Origin: Candidatus Poribacteria bacterium
GTDB lineage: Bacteria > Poribacteria > WGA-4E > WGA-3G
DNA: 64,000 nt
Assembly (NCBI GenBank): GCA_965197475.1
Contig: CBDANF010000003.1
Location: 3,264,001 to 3,328,000, forward strand
Direction of reading: 5' to 3'
Positions 60,829 to 64,000 of the stretch are shown here, in pieces. A program made the position numbers and the translations under genes. The notes beneath the pieces were generated by a model. The model saw nothing but the letters and a program-made list of their open reading frames with translations. It ran no database searches and was not told the DNA's origin. Each line of letters opens with the position of its first letter. The stretch's first letter is position 1.

Positions 60829-62889
60829 TTATTCAACTTCAGGATCAATTTCAGGATCAATTTCAACTGCAGCAGGTTGAACTTCTATTTCAATCTCTGT
60901 ATCACCTGTTACGATGAAGCGGTAGACAACAAGCGCAGTTCCAGTAATAGGTATCGGACGCGGGGTTGGTGCAAGGTCATCCATCAACTCTTCTTGATCA
61001 ACCATTTCAATCATTTCACCATCTTCAGGTGGGGTTTCACCATCTTCAGGTGGGGTTTCACCATCTTCAGGTGGGGTTTCACCATCTTCAGGTGGGGTTT
61101 CACCATCTTCAGGTGAGGTTTCACCATCTTCAGGTAAGTTTTCAAATAAGGCAGTGAAAAACTCTTCGAAGAACTTTTCGAAAATTCCTTCTAAAGAAGG
61201 ATCTATCGGTTCAGGCTCCTCCTCCAATGCAGCAAGCGTTACGAGGATTAAGCCTTTGTCAAACTGCGTATCTTTCAGTTGTCCAATCAGTTGATCCAAA
61301 TTCTCTGGGGATGGGACGAATGGATTACTGAACGGATTAAAGCCATATTCAGTTGCAGCGGCTATAGATAAGCTAGCTGGACCAGCAATGAAATTCTCAG
61401 GTACCCGAAGTTTCACTTCTCTATACATTTTGCGGCTCTGTCCAGCAGCACTCCAGTGGGGCAGCATCTCAAGAACGAACGTAGCTTCTTCACCTTGCTT
61501 AACTTCCCCAATAACATGAATGTCCGTAATCTCTGTATGGAGAATATAGGGCAGGTCTGCTATAGAGATGTGGATTTCATCTATGGTTGCTCTGCCAGCA
61601 CCATTTGCAAGTATATTTGTAAATGACTCAACTATATAATCCATGTTTGCCAATACACTTTCATACGGATCGGATGAGATGGACCGGAACGATTCTGTAT
61701 AGACGTTTTTAGTCTCTTTAAAACTGATGGCTACGTTTGCCTCAATAGTTCCAGGACTAACCTCCATTCGGATTGCATCAAGGGTCGTTGCCGCAACAAT
61801 TGGAATAGCCCATTCTTGTCCATAAGCAACTTTATGGTGTTTCTGAATTGGTTCAGGACTATTGACAGGTTGATAAGTAACTGTTACAGGAATCGTTGGA
61901 GGTAATTTACCAAGTTCGCCAACAATCCCAGGTCTAAGGTCTTTGGTAATTGTGCCGATTGGATTTCCATAAGCACTTGCGGACTTGTATGCTATCTCTG
62001 TACTGGGAACGATTCCATCTACGACAGCTCTATATACAGGTAATGATGCTTTGCCATCAAGGAACATGTCATGACCAAAGGCAACGAATTTGTCGCCATA
62101 AACTTGTGTCACAGTTCCAAATCCCATAGTATTAACAACGTCTCCAGTTACGATAGCAACACCAATCATGTCCCCTGCTGACAGATTTAGGGAAGCATTA
62201 GCAGGCGGTGCTGCAGGGGCTCCACCGATCCGTGAGAAGAATTCAACAGAATTGAATCGTGTGCCTTCAAGGTGTGAAGAAAGTTGTTGTAGTCTGTTAG
62301 AGTCAATTCCAGAAATCGTAACAGGTGTTTTTACTGCTGTATAAGTAGCATTGACGACAGCACCCGGTGCGGCTGGTGCGGGGTCCAGGAATTCACCAAA
62401 AGTATTATGGTCAAGCGTAGCCTCCATCGCATCAATGGGTGTTACCCAGAACCGATGTGGAGCTTTTGCCCATGCATCACCATACGCAAGTGCACCGAAA
62501 ACACGTCCAGCAGTTCCAACAGGACTTCCAGACATCCCTTGTGCCAGACCACCCATAGCGGTAACTGCCTCATCTGTCAACACACACTCGTAAAGTGGAA
62601 ATCCAAAACCGGAGGTTTGAACTCTACGGAATTCAGCCTCAACTATTACCTTACTTGTACCTTCAATGGCGGTAATAATTTCAATTGGCGTTTTTGTTGC
62701 AAGCCTGCGGACTTCATCTTCATACATGCTTTCGAGTTCAACCTCACCAACTATTGGGGCAGCATTAAACTCACCTATTGCATCAACTATTGCAGGATTC
62801 TCAATTCGTGCTTGCTCTTCATCAGAGGAACAACTCAACTGACATAGAATTACGATTGCGATCCCTGCTAAAACAAAAAAACGTTTCAC
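60829..62889 (-). CDS. SpoIVB/peptidase S55 domain lipoprotein
   Basis: Lipobox-like LSC, GLAQGMSGSPV, GALAYG, GTVT...FVAFGH motifs; acidic tail. Confidence 0.8.
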   Translation of the reverse strand: MKRFFVLAGIAIVILCQLSCSSDEEQARIENPAIVDAIGEFNAAPIVGEVELESMYEDEVRRLATKTPIEIITAIEGTSKVIVEAEFRRVQTSGFGFPLYECVLTDEAVTAMGGLAQGMSGSPVGTAGRVFGALAYGDAWAKAPHRFWVTPIDAMEATLDHNTFGEFLDPAPAAPGAVVNATYTAVKTPVTISGIDSNRLQQLSSHLEGTRFNSVEFFSRIGGAPAAPPANASLNLSAGDMIGVAIVTGDVVNTMGFGTVTQVYGDKFVAFGHDMFLDGKASLPVYRAVVDGIVPSTEIAYKSASAYGNPIGTITKDLRPGIVGELGKLPPTIPVTVTYQPVNSPEPIQKHHKVAYGQEWAIPIVAATTLDAIRMEVSPGTIEANVAISFKETKNVYTESFRSISSDPYESVLANMDYIVESFTNILANGAGRATIDEIHISIADLPYILHTEITDIHVIGEVKQGEEATFVLEMLPHWSAAGQSRKMYREVKLRVPENFIAGPASLSIAAATEYGFNPFSNPFVPSPENLDQLIGQLKDTQFDKGLILVTLAALEEEPEPIDPSLEGIFEKFFEEFFTALFENLPEDGETSPEDGETPPEDGETPPEDGETPPEDGETPPEDGEMIEMVDQEELMDDLAPTPRPIPITGTALVVYRFIVTGDTEIEIEVQPAAVEIDPEIDPEVE
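61014..61135 (-). repeat. 21-bp coding tandem repeat (PEDGETP), about 6 copies
   Basis: TTTCACCATCTTCAGGTGGGG units. Confidence 0.92.
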
Positions 62890-63250
62890 TATATCTTCTC
62901 CTAAATAGAGTTTTTCTAAATTTTAAAAATGGTTTCGACTTGAGTTAATCTGAATCTATTTCAAAAATAGGCATGCTATTCAGTAATGAAATAATTTCTG
63001 TTGGCTTAATTGCAATTTTACCCAGAACGACAATTATTTACCGTCCCATCGTTTAAATCTCATGCAGTCGAAATTAAACACAATTCTTTATAATAAACAG
63101 TTAAATTATAATCTATTATTAAACGATATTTCAAGAAAAATTACGAAATATCAGTGTAAGTTCAATAAGAAAGTGGAATGGTTATAAAACAGAAGATAAG
63201 TACCGCTTGATAACATTTTCCCACTAACTAAAAATTGATGTAGTTGTAAA

Positions 63251-64000
63251 CTACCATGCAACCCAACCACCATCAACAGCGATAGTTTGTCCTGTAACCC
63301 AATTTGCTGCATCCGAGGCTAAGAACAGAACAGCACCAACAACCTCATCTACCTCGCCAACACGTCCCATGGGAATGCGGCGGACAACATCCTCGTAGAA
63401 TTCTTTTCGTTGCAGCAAAACATCTGCAAGTGGTGTGCGGGTGAATGCCGGAGCGACTGCATTGACAGTGACGTTATGAGGTGCCCACTCTACTGCGAGC
63501 CCTTTGGTTAACAAAACAACCCCACCCTTACTACCTGAGTAAGCAGTACGTAGCGGTCCCCCCACTAAACCCATAGTGGAGGAGATGTTGATAATTTTTC
63601 CGCTCTCCCGCTCGATCATCGGTTTGACAAGTGTTTGCGTTAAAAAGAATAGACCTTTTAGATTGAGATCATAGATGGCATCCCAATCCTCTTCAGTCAG
63701 TTCCAAGGCAGGTTTGGGTCGATTGGTCCCTGCATTGTTAACGAGAACATCAACTCTTCCCCATACGTCAACAGCGGCTTGTGCGCCTTCTGCTGCAGAT
63801 TTCATATCGCTCACATCAAACACGACAGGTTCCGCTTCACCACCGTTCGCTTGAATCTCTGCTGCAACCTCGTCAAGATCAGAACGTGTGCGGCTATTCA
63901 AGACAATCTTCGCCCCCATCTGAGATGCAGCGAGCGCGATGCCCCTACCGATACCTTTGCCGGAACCGGTAATCAACATTATCTTATTATTCAATTCAAA
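63251..64000 (-). CDS. Short-chain dehydrogenase/reductase (KduD/gluconate-5-dehydrogenase-like), probably starting just beyond the window
   Basis: TGSGKGIG, NNAG, YSGSK, GQTIAVDGG motifs. Confidence 0.92.
   Translation of the reverse strand, partial: FELNNKIMLITGSGKGIGRGIALAASQMGAKIVLNSRTRSDLDEVAAEIQANGGEAEPVVFDVSDMKSAAEGAQAAVDVWGRVDVLVNNAGTNRPKPALELTEEDWDAIYDLNLKGLFFLTQTLVKPMIERESGKIINISSTMGLVGGPLRTAYSGSKGGVVLLTKGLAVEWAPHNVTVNAVAPAFTRTPLADVLLQRKEFYEDVVRRIPMGRVGEVDEVVGAVLFLASDAANWVTGQTIAVDGGWVAW

Overview
Bacterial genomic window. The gene content suggests a Candidatus Poribacteria-like sponge symbiont (inference from two PhyH dioxygenases, many secreted LRR/cadherin/dockerin proteins with a PNPFNPETWIPY...RKMxILK tail, and a LamG protein with a GKxxTxWxxLK tail). 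1-10 kb and 56-64 kb hold housekeeping and catabolic genes (PhyH, sugar ABC ATPase, Cof HAD, larA-like-minCDE, bioD, enolase-superfamily enzyme, HD protein, truA, Gfo/Idh/MocA, S55 peptidase, SDR). 10-46 kb is a co-oriented minus-strand array of secreted proteins, including 1350, about 3590 and 3982 aa LRR/cadherin giants. Their capped LRR cassettes are near-identical in DNA except at four hypervariable codons per 66-bp repeat. 46-55 kb is an accessory patch with a degenerate primase-helicase-like gene and many MITE/REP elements. The best candidate for an undescribed system is a 2004-bp element (52631-54634) bounded by perfect 13-bp terminal inverted repeats. It encodes only two translationally coupled DUF1670-like paralogues, plus a consensus promoter followed by about 110 nt of four consecutive stem-loops whose loops show short matches to the insertion site. 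All family assignments come from motif recognition by eye; no searches were run.
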